Source: Flectonema sp. DT1601 (taxonomy: Eukaryota). Taken from it: DNA of 64,000 nt. Below the pieces are notes generated by a model, which was given only the letters and a program-made list of their open reading frames with translations, searched no databases and was not told the origin of the DNA. Shown in pieces: positions 35,601 to 48,465 of this stretch; position 1 is the first letter of the stretch; each line of letters begins with the position of its first letter. The stretch is from NCBI GenBank assembly GCA_964019425.1, contig OZ025794.1:372001-436000 (forward strand), read 5' to 3'. The position numbers and the translations under genes are program-made.

Positions 35601-35889
35601 TCGAGCTTCAATGGAAGAATTATCTGTTGCTGCATCACTAGCCCCAGATGATGTTGTGTTAGCTAATGTAAAGAAAATGTTTTCAACTTCAGTGCCTGGA
35701 TTGGAAGGCTATCGATGTGAAATTGGATTCTCAAAAGTTCCACATGCAGCTGATGCGTGGAGACAAGATTTCACAAACAGCGAGAGTCACATCCAAACAT
35801 CAACTGCGTCGAGAACGATGTCAACAGGACCATCACCAGTCATGCTACCAGGGACTGTAACAACGTCGGTTCCTACTATTAATTGTTAA
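32683..35889 (+). CDS. Receptor-type class III adenylate cyclase: two TM helices around a large extracellular region, a HAMP-like linker, one intact and one degenerate cyclase domain
   Basis: Motifs IVFTDIEGSTALW, YEVKTIGDAFM, LRVRMG and ADYRGTTVNMAARLES. A second cyclase-like segment (LGNTILVSWN; IGVATGTALHGNIG) lacks the metal-binding Asp. Hydrophobic helices at about aa 20-47 and 442-464. Confidence 0.93.
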   Translation: MKHDTISQSSSNIQDEGCGLSVQLMFGCITLFSIIIASVSTALLLIINYEDAVTETQDGGKVSTERCFTESEHSLEKVAAELLAYATSGVAEEIKVIISEPINHMEGLFAVLAIYKEDEKTFDWLTSKPIRSSLWHQIQMADPVVTSLGIYIDDSHFALHLRNFSHVSDSAVEVLITEPGSPNSTLGIAKHGDGGLETVTSVLPINNRNMPGLEISRNLWNLEQFAWNSIHVSNFFTGYTVVSRNTIPNVQHFNLEVSVPLKSIADSLSKLVSSMRRQTGSKTRMYVVIAESWIATKLKQQNQSNWKDYDQSLQLVSVSDGESNYLDNSTGHGDLLYDTNATDSIIRGIALGIRSNYGGYAGLSFKGTTKYSIPHDGVIEEFFVQVQSINDGFGINWWLTTAIDMQYILGEVDAAHDVLNEQFKVRRSHIRNSVNSKRDQAIYTTAIVAVALLVLSYVATLFVLQPMKDLQKDMLSVSMMQLENLAGNTTVLKEIRHMQLNFLIMVRRLKEFRAYVPTAVLQGANIPNDIPLPPSGKVGIVFTDIEGSTALWDLDNAAMNAALEKHNVLIREACSQNNGYEVKTIGDAFMIAFETDTDAIKFAVQAQQSISTAAWPPELCLKDGLRVRMGVQYGHVILEENPLTSRADYRGTTVNMAARLESKSKGGALCITKELYSTLNQELVSPSTICTVDHGMQDLKGLGPHETFLLYTKDSVMTPASHPDIRKNSYIVHKTSEKQTSDKSDESHVTIVRTKANKTNNTGLTLVKGLISVGMCSLKVKHKDNLFNDINLMIRIVADAAFDTDGVLGAVLGNTILVSWNTSKKNQLHTIASMRFASQLQKRGSRLMTIGVATGTALHGNIGSQSRRFHSIYGVALSCATSLSDHAAALGSFCLIGDCTRESRFLKDDSISSFLRLVDSWYLRDEHVTIHVYDIRCAKFLTHLENWGAGETLMTPEDSVSVSAIIQKLIHGDRASMEELSVAASLAPDDVVLANVKKMFSTSVPGLEGYRCEIGFSKVPHAADAWRQDFTNSESHIQTSTASRTMSTGPSPVMLPGTVTTSVPTINC

Positions 35890-37060
35890 CAAGAATACTA
35901 TTTCAGTTATAGTGAACACTCACACAGTGGTCAGATGACTACTACCTATTTCGCGAACATTGTGAAAAGCGCTACTTCTGACTTTCGTCCTCGTTGATTA
36001 CTCAACCCTGAGCACCTCATGTGCATACTGAGATCACTTGTGCCTTGAGATTGCTTTATTCTTTTCAATGGGAGGAATTATCTTATTGGGTTTGTTACAC
36101 AGTAATAATGAATTGAAAAACAAAATAAAACAAAACAAACAACACCGTAGGATAAGATTTGTTGTTATTAATCTATAACAGTAATCTGAGTCTTTTGACT
36201 CGGCCGGCATTTATTCTTTTAACCAACCGGAGTATCTTGAGTCCAACTAGGACTTTTTCTTACCTGAGAATTCTCTGACTGTGAAGTGAGTAGAATTTGT
36301 TATTTCACAGTGAGACTCATAACATCGTATTTCTAATTAATAATTGAGATTTCTGTTATCTGAGTCGTGTCTTACCCTATTAGATTGTGAGAGAAGAAAA
36401 AAAAAAAAATTAAAAAAAAAAAGAAAAAAAAAAAGAATTGTTAGCCGTCAGGCGTATTCCTTTCTTTGCTTTTACGGTTTCACTGGATTACGGTTTTGGC
36501 TATAAAATGATAAAATGATTTTAAAAAAAAAAAAAAAAAAAAGTAATTCATTAAACGATTAATTTGGTTTCCTAAAATCCGTAGGGTTTTACAATAAAAC
36601 AGATTATTTACTGTTGGGTAATGAAAATCTGATGGGATTTAGAGACCAGAGGATATATAAAAAATAAAAAAAAAAAAAAAAAAAAAAAAAATTCAACACA
36701 ACACAACACAACATTAACACAACGATCGAACTGTCTCTGTCAAACAATTAATCAATTTTTAAAAAAAAAAAAAAAAAATTATGAATTCTAAAAAAATCAA
36801 TGATCTGTTGCATTTGTTGTTTTTTTTTTTTTTTGTTCGGAATTAAAGAGCCCATCGTTGCGTGTATAAAAAAAAAAAAAGAAAAATAACAAATAAAAAA
36901 ATAATAATAATACGCACATCATAGTTATTTTTCGAACTTTATAGTCCCACTAAAATATGCTATTTTCTTTTGTACTCAGCAAGCCTATTTTGTCGGAGTG
37001 AGATAAAGTTTTTTTTATTTTTTCTTAATTGTTGTTTCTTTTTCCCCCATTTTTTTTCTT

Positions 37061-37302
37061 TTTTGATTGACGAGAATATCCTCTTGACAACTACAAATAT
37101 TTTTCAGTAAAGTACTTTTGGTATAAATTTTGTTTTTTAATACCTAAAGTTGTTTACTGTTTTTACATTGTCAAAAATTTCATCCCCCCCTTTTTTTGAT
37201 TAACGAGGATATCGTCTCGTTCACTCTCGGAAAATTCCCTTCAAACACTACAGCACTCGGAGTGATAATAAATACAATGCTCCCCTTGGTTGATTTGAAG
37301 GG
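37061..37302. repeat. Repeat family R3 copy C
   Basis: ACAACTACAAATATTTTTCAGT ... GGAAAATTCCCTTCAAACACTACAGCACTCGGAGTGATAATAAATACAATGCTCCC matches copy B. An internal motif (TTTTGATTRACGAGRATATC) is also present at its 5' edge. Confidence 0.9.
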
Positions 37303-37813
37303 CATTTCTTCTTTAATAAAAACATATAACCTACATTTCTGAACGGTCCATAACTGATGTCAAGTGGTTCGTTGGGGCAAAGTAACTATTTAATTCTCGA
37401 AAAACAGTTCGAATTTTTTGATTTGACTGATAATAATTAATACTAACTATTTTATATATTTCCAGTCTTTTTTTTGCTGAAAAAGAGCTAACCGCGATGA
37501 GTAGGACAGGCCTTGATACCGCAGTATTCCTCCTGCTTTCGTCATTTTGGAAGACTGAGAGTTTTTTTTTTTTAAAAAAAACCGAGCCGTTGCTCATCTA
37601 ATAATGTACCAATGCTACTGGACAATATTCTTTTTTTTCGTATATTTCTTTTTTGATCTGATTTTGTTACTAAATTCATATTCCGAAAAATTATTTTGAT
37701 TGACTTCAGTTGGGTTATTATTATTACTATTGTTTTTAGGGAAAACCTACAGATCCACCCCCAGGTTTGGGGAAACGTACACTACGGTCACGGCCTTGTG
37801 TAGCTTTTAAATA

Positions 37814-37849
<36 letters not shown>

Positions 37850-38758
37850 ATAATAAATTACTGATTATATCTGGTTCCCACACGGTACTCTTTGAGTGTC
37901 AACCTAACTGATACTCGGTGGTCTGATGGACTTGCTAAGTATCTCGGTTGTAAACAACCCGAGTAATTCCTATGGTAAGGAACGAATAACTGTGGAGACT
38001 AAAAAAAAAAAAAAAAATAACAACAACAAGACAGAAAGTGATGAAGATACTAAAGGCTACTACTATTTAATACTGACTTGCAATTACAAGTATTTTTAAA
38101 TAGCTTCTGAAGACCTAAAAAAAAACAAGACTACAAGACAGACAAGTGAGGAAAGATACCAAGGTTACTGTGTTGTTATTTCTAACATCAGTAGTTTTTT
38201 GATGAGGTATACACGACAGGTGAATGGCGCTTTTAAAAAAACATTTTTAGAAAATAAAATAATAAATTTAATAAACTTGTAATTAATAATATGGGCGGTA
38301 CAAGTATGCCTTTCTCTTTTTTTTTCCCTTTTTTCCCTTTTTTTTTTTTTTTTTTTTTTTTTTGTCAAAGGTTAAATAATCAACTTAAATCACAAACCAA
38401 TAAAATAAACGAATCTTTTTCTTGAAAAAAAAAAAAAAAAAAAGCTGTTTTTCTTTTCTTTTTTTTTTCCTTCTTTTTTTTGGATAATGGATGACTGGTC
38501 ACCAAAAAAAGAAGACAAAAAAAAAAGGGAAAAAGAAAAAAAGAGACCGTCATCTGTATTTAAGTGAAAACCTTGGATGGTAGTGGTACCGAATTACTAG
38601 CACCTCGTGGGCTTCCCGCAAAGGGGTTGACTTTGAAAAAAAGAAAAAAAAAAAAAAAGTTACTGTCACCTTATTCAGCGATTTGCTAACAGCTTGCATT
38701 GATATGTAAATTGAAAGAGCACCGTTTTTAAAATTTTTTTTACTATTTTTTTTTATTC

Positions 38759-38795
<37 letters not shown>

Positions 38796-41700
38796 TTTTT
38801 TTTAAATATTTTTATCAGAAATAATTACAAGCCGCTAAGTATCATTTCGCATCTTTATTTTTATTTGATTTCTTTTTTTTTTTTGTGAGGGGTACGGCAA
38901 AGCGGCTGTGAAGTGAGATTATATTTTCAATAATTAACGATTACGGGATTTTGATCTGGATCATGTAAGCGAACACACGCCTTTTATATGGATCCTCTTT
39001 GAGGACTAGAAAAGGAAATAAAAAAATAAAATAAAAAATAAACTTACTAGCATAACCAGTTTTCTGTAGAGGCAATCTATTCTTTATCGTTTTCCCTCTT
39101 CCTACCCTACCTTCCCTTCCCTTTTCCCTCTTTTTTTCTTCTTCTTTCTTCTTCTTCTTCTTTTTTTTTTCGTTCTGTCGTGTTTTCTATTATTGCTTAT
39201 AGTGAGCACATCGCCAGTCACAACGTAGTTGTTATTTTCTTTTTTCAGCACACTCTCAGTTGTAGTGGTCGCAATTTCGTTGAATTTCTGCTTCTACAAG
39301 GTAAGATTTCGATTCCACAACCTTTACTTGAGTTTTTTTTAAATATTTCTTTTATTTGTCCCTCTCAGTACAACTTCTTTCCGTTAATAACCTTGTGATC
39401 CCTGTGATGTAATGATTTAATTCTTCGTTATTCACACTTTGGGTCTGCTGCAATAGAAGAGGGGAAAAAAAAAAAATAAGAAAAAAAAAGTCCTTCTAAT
39501 TCACTTGTGCTATACTTCAGTAGCTAAATGTAAACCATACACATGAAAAATGAATATGGTTTTATAGTTCTGGGAGGGATTATCAAGCCAGGTTAAGTGT
39601 TTGTTGGTTTTCGTTATCATATCGCTTACGGCAGAGTTTTATTTCCCTTTTTAGATAGTTTCTCCAATTGGAGTCACGAACCGCAGCCTGTTTGTCGTGC
39701 CGAAAGGATCCTGACATCAGAAGAAGCAGCTACTAATGTATTCTGTCATCTTCTGTGTTAGGTTAGTTATAGCATTTAGAGGCATTACAGGAACTTAGTT
39801 ATCGTTTTCGTGAGGTCTGGTCTTGGTGATTCAGTACTCAACGAGGTCTGTGGAAAAAAAAAAAAGATTATACTCTGAAATATGGACCCCCCTCGATTTC
39901 TCTCTTGGGTTTTTTTCTTTTTTAGTCAACGGAAATGTACTATTTTATCCACGACTATGCCTTCAGTTTATTCTATGGCTGATAATCCATGAGGATTGAG
40001 ACTCATCACCTTAAAAAAAGACGTTGTCGGTTGGCGTAGCCCGTGAAAGCCACGACGATATCTGCGCATTTGTTATTACTTTTACTTACCTCATGAATAT
40101 TTTCCTTCTTGCAGTGGTGTTTAAAACTGCTACTTGCTAATACCATTTTGATAACCAAAAATGTACTCATCAAATAGGTATTTGTTTTTTCCTCCTCTGT
40201 CCACCTTGGGATAAGACATCCATATTTTGTGTGTCTTTTGACTCTAACAGCTGTGTACTATATTTTTATTTGTTTTTTAAATTGAGAGCCAATCTGCGCC
40301 CACTTGCATCATACATAGTTAACCTTGGGGTCGGTTTGTTAATACTAATTTTTCAGCCGACTCTGACGCTGCTTGTTTCCACACATGCAGTACGGACTTT
40401 GTTAAATTTAAAAAAAATAAAAAATAATAATAATAATCTATCATTTATAACACCCGATGTGTTGACATCCTTTCGCCAGATGTCAATATATAGTTTTTTT
40501 TTCCTCTTCTTCTTCTGTTACTCTTTGATACCTACGGTTATTCGTGATTTCAGTTTTTTATTATTATTATTATCTTTCACTTCCTTGCTATTTGCCACGA
40601 TTCTGTTATGTGGGCAGTACACACATTTCTCACTACAACATAAAATTTGTTATTGAATGTGCTTCTTGTGTCAACTGCTTAAAACTTTTGCCCACTTTTT
40701 GTCGTGTAGTAATCCATCTTAGTACTACTAGCGGAATATTCCTTTTTTTTTTTAATTTTTTTTTTATAAAGGTAGGGCATCGTGCCTTGCCTCATTCTGT
40801 TTTATTTCATTGTTTAATTCCTTCTGCGTTGCTCCTTTGTATAAAAAAATAATAAGAAATATACACACTTGTGAAGCACGGCTTGGAACCACCTAATACA
40901 GAATGATTTTTGAGTCACAGCTATTTGAAACTAATGGCTATTAACGTTTTCCTACTTTTTTATCAGTGTGTTGGTCACACTTTTACATGTTAATGCGACT
41001 CTGTTTTCAGGATATTCTTTTTGTGGTCTATCCTTTTTATTGACAGATAATAATATCTCCACTGCCTATTATATATTTCTGCCAGGTTGTAGAAACTGCT
41101 ATATAAAAAAAAAAAAAAAAAGGAAAATAAATTTTTTATTATCCTTTTGTGTTTCTATACTACGGTAATACCTAGCAATTATGTGGCCTTGGAAGACTGC
41201 GATAAAGATATACACACCCGTCCTGCTGTTGTTATCATTCAGCTGTTCGATAAAACTATGGAGCGTTTTTTTGAATCGTAGTTGTAATTCTCAGTTAGAA
41301 GAAGCAAAAAAAAGAATGGGAAAAAAAAAAAAAAAAAAAAACTTCAATAATATTATTATACTACTACTGAATGGTGTGGCTCCCTTTGGAAGACCATTCC
41401 GTTTTGTAACCTGACCCAACTTTCGTGTGGCTCCTGTAGAAGACCACACAGAGGGATCTCAACACGGGATTTCAACGGGTTATTTTTGTACACGTCCTGA
41501 GACCAAACCCAGTTACCTGGTAATTCTATTCGCAGTTTCGTTTGCCGGAAAAAAAAAAAAAAAAAAAAGTTTTTAGACTACAGGAATTTGGAAGCTGTCA
41601 TTGCATTTAATTTGTTATGGTGTGCTCCTTGAGGAATACTGATACGGATTTCCTTGACTTGATTTCAGTCCTCAGTAAGTTTTGTTTTCGCTATTTTTTT

Positions 41701-42788
41701 AAATATATTTTTTATTTATCTTACATCGTCAAACAATCAAATCTGCTGTTTCCATCACATGAAAAAAATAAAAAAAAGAAGAAAAAGTGAACTCTTTTTT
41801 TTTTTTGTATTTTGCTTTTAATATCTGTTTGAATTTATTTGCAAGTTGAATTTATAATTAGCGGTCCCCAGGAAATGGGTGCTTCCGTGTTCGACAGTAC
41901 CCACTGTTAGCCTTTTACGTGTCAACGATGTTTGGCCTAGCCATACTTTAGCTTCAGCCAGCTTCAAGTTGCTTTATATAATTACGGTATTAAATTTAAC
42001 TCCCGCAAACCTGCAGAGAAATTGTTGTTCCTTGGAGCTTCGAAATGCAGTAACAAATTACCCCCCGACACTGTTTTGTTTTTTTATGAATAACGTTACC
42101 ACAGTAATCGAGTTGTAAAGGACTAAAGGTTAAACTATCTTTCCTTTTTTGAATTCAAATTGCTCCACTTAAAAAAAAAAAAAAAAATGTTGTCTGTATT
42201 ATTAGCTCGTAGCCTTCCTTAGTTCGGGTCAGTTCATTCTCTTTCTTTACCTTTTTCCCGGAAAATGGAAGAAGTCTGGAGCATTCAACAAGACGAGGAT
42301 CGTTTATTATTATTTTATTAAATTTTTATTGAAAACTCGTTGTATGAAGGAAAAAAAAAAGAAAAAAAAAAAAGAAGAAGATACTCCTTTTATTCTGTTT
42401 CTGTTTTTTTTAGCTTATCTTTTCATGTGTTTTCTTCCCATAGAATGACTTCTTTTTAAGATTGCTCCCCTAAAAAAAGAAAAGAAAAAAGAATAAAACG
42501 GCTGACTGGTTCTATTGGCTGTGATGCACATCCAGTTTATAAGAATTCCCGCAGCTTTGATTGAGGTAAGGTCGTAATGTTGTTGTAGCACAAAGTTTTT
42601 CAAAAATAAAAATAAAAATGGAAGAAATGTTTCTTTTTTTTTTTATAAATTTTTTATATTTAATATTTTATTGTCCCCGCAAAGATCTTTTCTCCTTTAT
42701 CAAGCATCTCTTTTTGGAGAAGAAAAAAAAAAAAAAAAAAAAAAAAACATAAATCAAAAAACACCAGTCCTAATCCTATTTTATTGAG

Positions 42789-43004
42789 TAGGTCTCGGCA
42801 GCGATCTAACTGTTTCCCCTGAGAGCTTTTCCTGACTTAGCTCCCCAGGCTTCGCAAATAAATAAATTAGCCGTCTCTTACACCGCGTGCTTCGGGCATA
42901 CGGTAGGTCTGGGCGGTCACTTACTCCTGGTCAATTTACGTCTCTTTTCGCTTACCCCGTGAACTTCCAGCGGTTTGACTTCCCTGATTTCGATAAATAA
43001 ATAA
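42789..43004. repeat. Repeat family R5: two diverged tandem copies (42789-42866 and 42904-43004)
   Basis: Both start TAGGTCT(C/G)GGC(A/G)G and end TTCG..AAATAAATAA. The second copy aligns over about 80 nt with intron sequence 60654-60736. Confidence 0.75.
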
Positions 43005-46000
43005 TAAACAATGGTTCGTTTGTCACCGTATCGTTAACTGATGTCAAGCAATTATCGTTTTTGTGTTATTACAATACATGGTATGTTGATACTCCTCTGA
43101 CCTTGACCTCTTCATATATTCTTGTTCTTTTTCAAAAAAAAGAAATAATAATAATAATAATAATGTTCACAAGAAATCTAATTCATTTATCTCTGTGTAC
43201 TACAACTATTTTCACAATAAAAAAACAAAAGAAAGGAGGAGGGGGAAAAAAAGAAAAAAAAAAAAAAACCTACAACAATTTATTTTTTTCTTCCCGTGTG
43301 ACGATACCAAAGAGTTTCTCTATTCACACGCAAAAATCCTTGAAACAAAAAAAAATAAAAATGATCAAGTAAAATGGTCAGTAGCCTTTTCTTCTTCGCC
43401 TTTCCTACCCCCTCTCTTTCTTTTACAGTTGCATCTTTTAGTATCTTGAAAGAGAATGATGGGGAAAAAAAAAATATAAACCAGTGAAAAACTTGTTTAT
43501 TCAGCTGATAACATTGGTACTTTTGTTTGTTTCCATCTGACTGACAAAGTTATATTCGAGATTCCTTTTTCTTGTTTTTATATTTGTTCGTCGTTTCCTA
43601 TCGTTGTTTTCTGTCTGCAAGTGTAGCGACACATGCTTATACTTGCAGTAATCTTACTTGTGATGGCTTGACCTTAAGCTTTAGACTAGACAAGATCGTT
43701 ATTCACAGGGAGGGAACAAAGCAGCCACCTACTCGTAAACGAAATCTTGAAACGGTTGTCTTCATGTTTTCATTAAACGGCTTAGTAGTTCTCTGTTGAT
43801 TTGAGAAACGTGCTTTTTCATTTTAGTTACCGTTTCTTCTTTCTTGTTTTCTATCTATTCTGGATAAGTGTGTATTTGTTCTGTGCTAAGCCTCACAAAC
43901 GAACACCCAATCTCATTGTGGGTCTGCAAAAAATACATGCAAACGATTCAATTTAATAATTGTGAGCGCCTGTCCATAGCAAAACATTTAGCAGATCTTG
44001 GGGGAATGCTTGTTTGGGGTCATCCTTTTTTTGTTTGTTTTTTTTTTGGTGGGGAAAAAAAATCAATTATTATTGTTTTTATTTATTTTTTTTTATTTTT
44101 CGATAAACAACAACAATAGCAAAAAAAAAAAAAAAAAAAAAACAATAATAATTTTTGTAAAAAAAAAAAAAAAAAAGGAAACCCACTTGCTCATAACCCC
44201 CTACCCCTAAATATTTTCACATACCAGCTCATTCAACTGTCGCAAAAAAAAAAAAAAAATTCTAAAAAAAAAAAAATCATTAAAATAACAGAGTGTCCAT
44301 AGAACGGTGATCCAAGAGCCATATTACTTTTTAGGCTTCGATGTTGCACAGCAAAGGCTTCTACAATACTTTATCAAAGTCACTCATGGTGATGTAGAAC
44401 AATCTCAGTCAACTCAATAATCCATCTGTTGTTGCGAGTTACTCTCCTAGAGCACTCATATTATATACATCGGCGTTGGATTAAATAGACAACCTTTGCT
44501 GTCTGGTCGTAAGCAGGTAATTCTTTGCTTAGATCCCGCAACCTCATTCATCTTTTCCCTTTTTTTTCTTTTTTTCTTCTTCGTTTTTGCAAGCAAAATG
44601 TGAAGCTTACTTGGAAGAACTCGACTACGTGTGAGTGAACCCAGGTGGCTACCGACCTCTCGTTAGCCTCACTTGCAGCTGTTGTTTTGTTTCCAACATG
44701 CTGCCGCCGCTGCAGTCAGTGGTATTCGCTACAGCAAAGTTGCTTTTTTTTTTTTTTTTTTTGACAACAGCGGAACTATGTATTCATTCAAGTCGTAGCC
44801 AACGATCTTTCGTACGGTTATTGTGACTCATCGTCTCTCAGTTCACGCATTTTAGTGATAACGGGAAAAAAAAACCTAACTGTTTTGCTTATACGGTGAC
44901 GTGCAGAGTAGTTATGTGTTAGGAAACCATCTATTTGTAGAATTTCTTTTCCCTCATTATTTTTTCTTGGGAAGGGATCGTACAATTACCCTTTTTCTGA
45001 TATGAAAAAAAAAAAAGTTAACCTTTCTTTGCACACTCATCACCCATCACTGGTTCCCATATAATCCATTCTGTTACAGTTTTGGGTTTCGTTCTCCAGT
45101 GGCTTACTGTACTTATTATTCACAAGCGTTTAACTAGATACTTTGTGTATATAACTTACTTTGTGACTTTCGCAGTGAAAAAAAAAAAGAAAAAAAAAGC
45201 CTTTTTACGTAATTCTCGGGTGACTATTTCTTTGTTGGCCTCCTGAAACTGGTCTTTGTATATTATTATCGCTGCAATACTTGAATAGTGATCTACAAAA
45301 AAAAAAAAAAAAAAAAAAAAACACGCCTGTCGCGTTGGGTCTGAGTTAACTCGGACAGATTTTTTGCCTAGCCACACGAACGCGACAGGATGAGGTTTGG
45401 ATTGGTCACGCTTTTAGGGACTACCAGTTTTCTCAGATATAGAAAGAAAACAAAAAAAAACAAGAAACTTGAATATGATGGATTTGTGAGAATCTGCCCC
45501 CCTACTAAAAATTACTACAACAACAACAATAACAACAACAAACAACAACAGCAATAACAAATAAACGGAAAACTTGTATTTTTTTTGAAATTTCCATTTG
45601 TTATGTGCTAACAAGACTTACGAGCCTTACGTGTTTATAAAATATTAGGCTGTTAACGCTCACGGGATGTGTCTCAGTCGTTTCCTTCCAATTTCCATCC
45701 CACCCATTCTTCTTTATACGTTTTTCTGTAAAGCATGTTTTTGGTACACACAATATCGTATCGTGGGGGGACACACTCCTCCAATGAATTTAAGAAAAAA
45801 AAGAATCATAAATTTGTCCGAGATCTCGGTGGCTCACTTCCCTAGTTACGTTGTTTGCTGCCGATTAATTATTTCTAAAAAGAATTTTTTCTTCGGTTTT
45901 TTGTTTTTTTTTCCCCTTCTCAGTGCTTTCTTCTGTTAGGCAAACAGAGAACCCCAGACACGCGGCAGCTATGTCATTTGACTAGCTGGGCTGTGTGAGC

Positions 46001-48221
46001 ACATCTCCATGTTTGACATTCCTGACTTCTATAAAAAAAAACAAGACAAACAGTTCTTAGTTTATTTTCCTCTCTCCGGTTTCGAGCAAGAGAGACGAGA
46101 AAAAATAACAGCAACAGCCGAGGCAGAAACTGGTTCCGGGCTGTCGAAGGTGTTTTGGGTTTTGTCTTATTCTGGTTTTGTACTTTATTGAGGAAAATAC
46201 ATATATTTTTTTTTTTTTTTTGGTATCCGTCAAAATGTTATTTAATGCTTTTTTTCCCCCAGTTGTTTTGTCATTTCTTTTCAGTTTAACTTTATTACTT
46301 ATTTTAGTATTATAAAGTCAATTACTGTTTCTACATTTGTCATAATATCGACCCCCCGTTGTTCCCCCCTTAGTTTCAAGTTGCTTTATATTTCATTGCG
46401 GGTCAGGTTTTCTTCGTCTCAATGTTTATCATATTATTATATTTATTTATTTTTTTTCTTTTTTTCCGTTTTATTATCAAGGAAAAAAAGGGGGAAAACC
46501 AGATTATTTTGCATTCTTCTTTCTTTATTTCCAAAGTCAAAACGTTTGTTGTGTTTCCTGTTTTTTTCCCCCCTTTTTTTTGACGTGCTGCTTCGGCACT
46601 TTTGGAACCCCGTATTACCAGTAAATTAACCGATGTTGAAACAGGAAATAGCAGGTGGAAACAGATAGTGATAACTCCTTTCTTAGAAAGATTTGTTTCT
46701 GTGTGATGAGAAAGTGAAAGCACAAGTCGGTTCCCGTTCCCTTTTTTTAATTGATTGCAGCACTCAGCGCAGTCGTCATTCGTATCTTTTGAATTACTTC
46801 ACAAAAAGGACACAAAATAAAATGGCATTAAAGCACACTTTATCTTTCATGAATTGCAAGTATGGAATGGAAAACTTAATTGTTTTCAAGACTCTGTTGA
46901 TTTTCTTCGGGTGATCTTATTTAGTTACCTTTTCTTGAGTTTGGTTACCCTGAAGTAGAGTTTGACATTTAATTGAATGTTTCTCTGCTGTTGTTTTTTT
47001 TTTCTCCTTTTTGTTCTCAACAAAGAATGTCTGCTTTTGCTCTATTTATTTATCTTTTCTGAGTTTTTTTTTATATAAAGTATACATGGTGTATTGTGAG
47101 GGAAATCGTTATAATTTTAGTTTTTTTTTCCATCTTGGGTGGGTGAGCCTTTGACACTATCCGGCTCTCAGGAGGGTTATAAAAAAAGAAAATAGATGGT
47201 TCTTAGCATCGTTGTTTTTTATTTTTATATTCGTATCAATAAATACACCCTTTGGGTTGAAAAATATTTATGTCGATTGCTCTTAGTATTTGTATGTCTT
47301 TTCTTTTTTATCAAAGACCCTATTCTCCTTTTAGGACTCGTCTTTCCTTCTTTTTCTCATTTTTTTGAGAGTACATTTTAAGGTTATTTATGTTTTTTTT
47401 TTTTTTTTTTTTTTTTTTTTGAATATTTTGTGGAAGCTTGATAAAAGTAGACGTCAGTCGTCTCTAGCTCCGTTTAAATGTTGCTTCAGTACTGTAATAC
47501 TTGTCTTGAAAAAAATGATTATCTCAAGCAAGTTACTTCTTAGACTGTTGTGTATTTTTTTTTTTTTTTTTTTTAAGTTTGTATGTAGTCTACAACAAAC
47601 TTCCGTTGTGCAAAGCGCATCGATATAATTTTTTTTTGTTTTTCTCAGTTTTTTTTTTTTCCATTGGTAGAACATAAGAATTAAGCAATTTTTCTAGCCA
47701 TGTGTTTTCTTCCCGGGATTAAAAAAAAATAAGAAAGAAAGAAAGATAGACTAGCAGCAGTTAGTGCACAAGCAGAGTGAACTTTATGTTCACTGGTTTT
47801 TTATTTATTCATTTATATTTTTTGTTTTTATTTTCTCTTTCATCCTGACGGGTTTCTTCAGGACTCGTTCCACACAAATACCGCATGGGATTGAGTTTGC
47901 CTTTTTTTTTTCACCCCACAATTGTTTGCCTCATTCTAACTGTTCGGTATCTTGCTTGCCGATTTTATTTTCCAGGGATGGGTAGTTGACTTTTGTTTTT
48001 TCTTTCCATTTTTTTTCCCCCAGCGCTTGCTCCGAATAACTGGATTTGTGCAAGCAAAAAAAAAAAAAAAATTATTATTATTATTATATTTGCGAAGTCG
48101 AGAGTGCTTTTTTTTCTTCTCTTTCCACTCAACCGGAAAGAGCAAAACCAACATATCTGAAATTCTTTTTTTTCTTGTATTAAGCTCATGCGCGCACAAT
48201 GAGGGGGGGGTTTTTTTTTTC

Positions 48222-48465
48222 TCCCCCTCTAAGGCGATGTAGTAAGATGATTGACTTACTTCTACACCATACTGATGATGAGAGAATAGAGGTAAGAGGT
48301 ATATGGATTACTCTCGAAACCTAATAGTTACTTTAAAAGGCTAAGTTAAGCATCACACCTAGTCACTGTATCTCAGAACTAATGTTAAATTATCGTTATG
48401 TTTTTTATGATACAAAACATTTGTATTTTACGTACAAAATCAAACAGTTAATCCCCCTCTAAGGC
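48222..48465. mobile_element. Repeat family R4 copy B (216-bp core) flanked by a 14-bp direct repeat
   Basis: TCCCCCTCTAAGGC occurs at 48222-48235 and 48452-48465. The core is homologous to 31437..31620. Confidence 0.75.

Noticed and set aside
48272..48335. CTGATGA...GAGAG/CTCTC-GAAAC looks like a hammerhead ribozyme core
   Set aside because: There is an extra base before stem II, stem III is only 2 bp, no stem I can be formed, and the homologous copy at 31.4 kb lacks CTGANGA.
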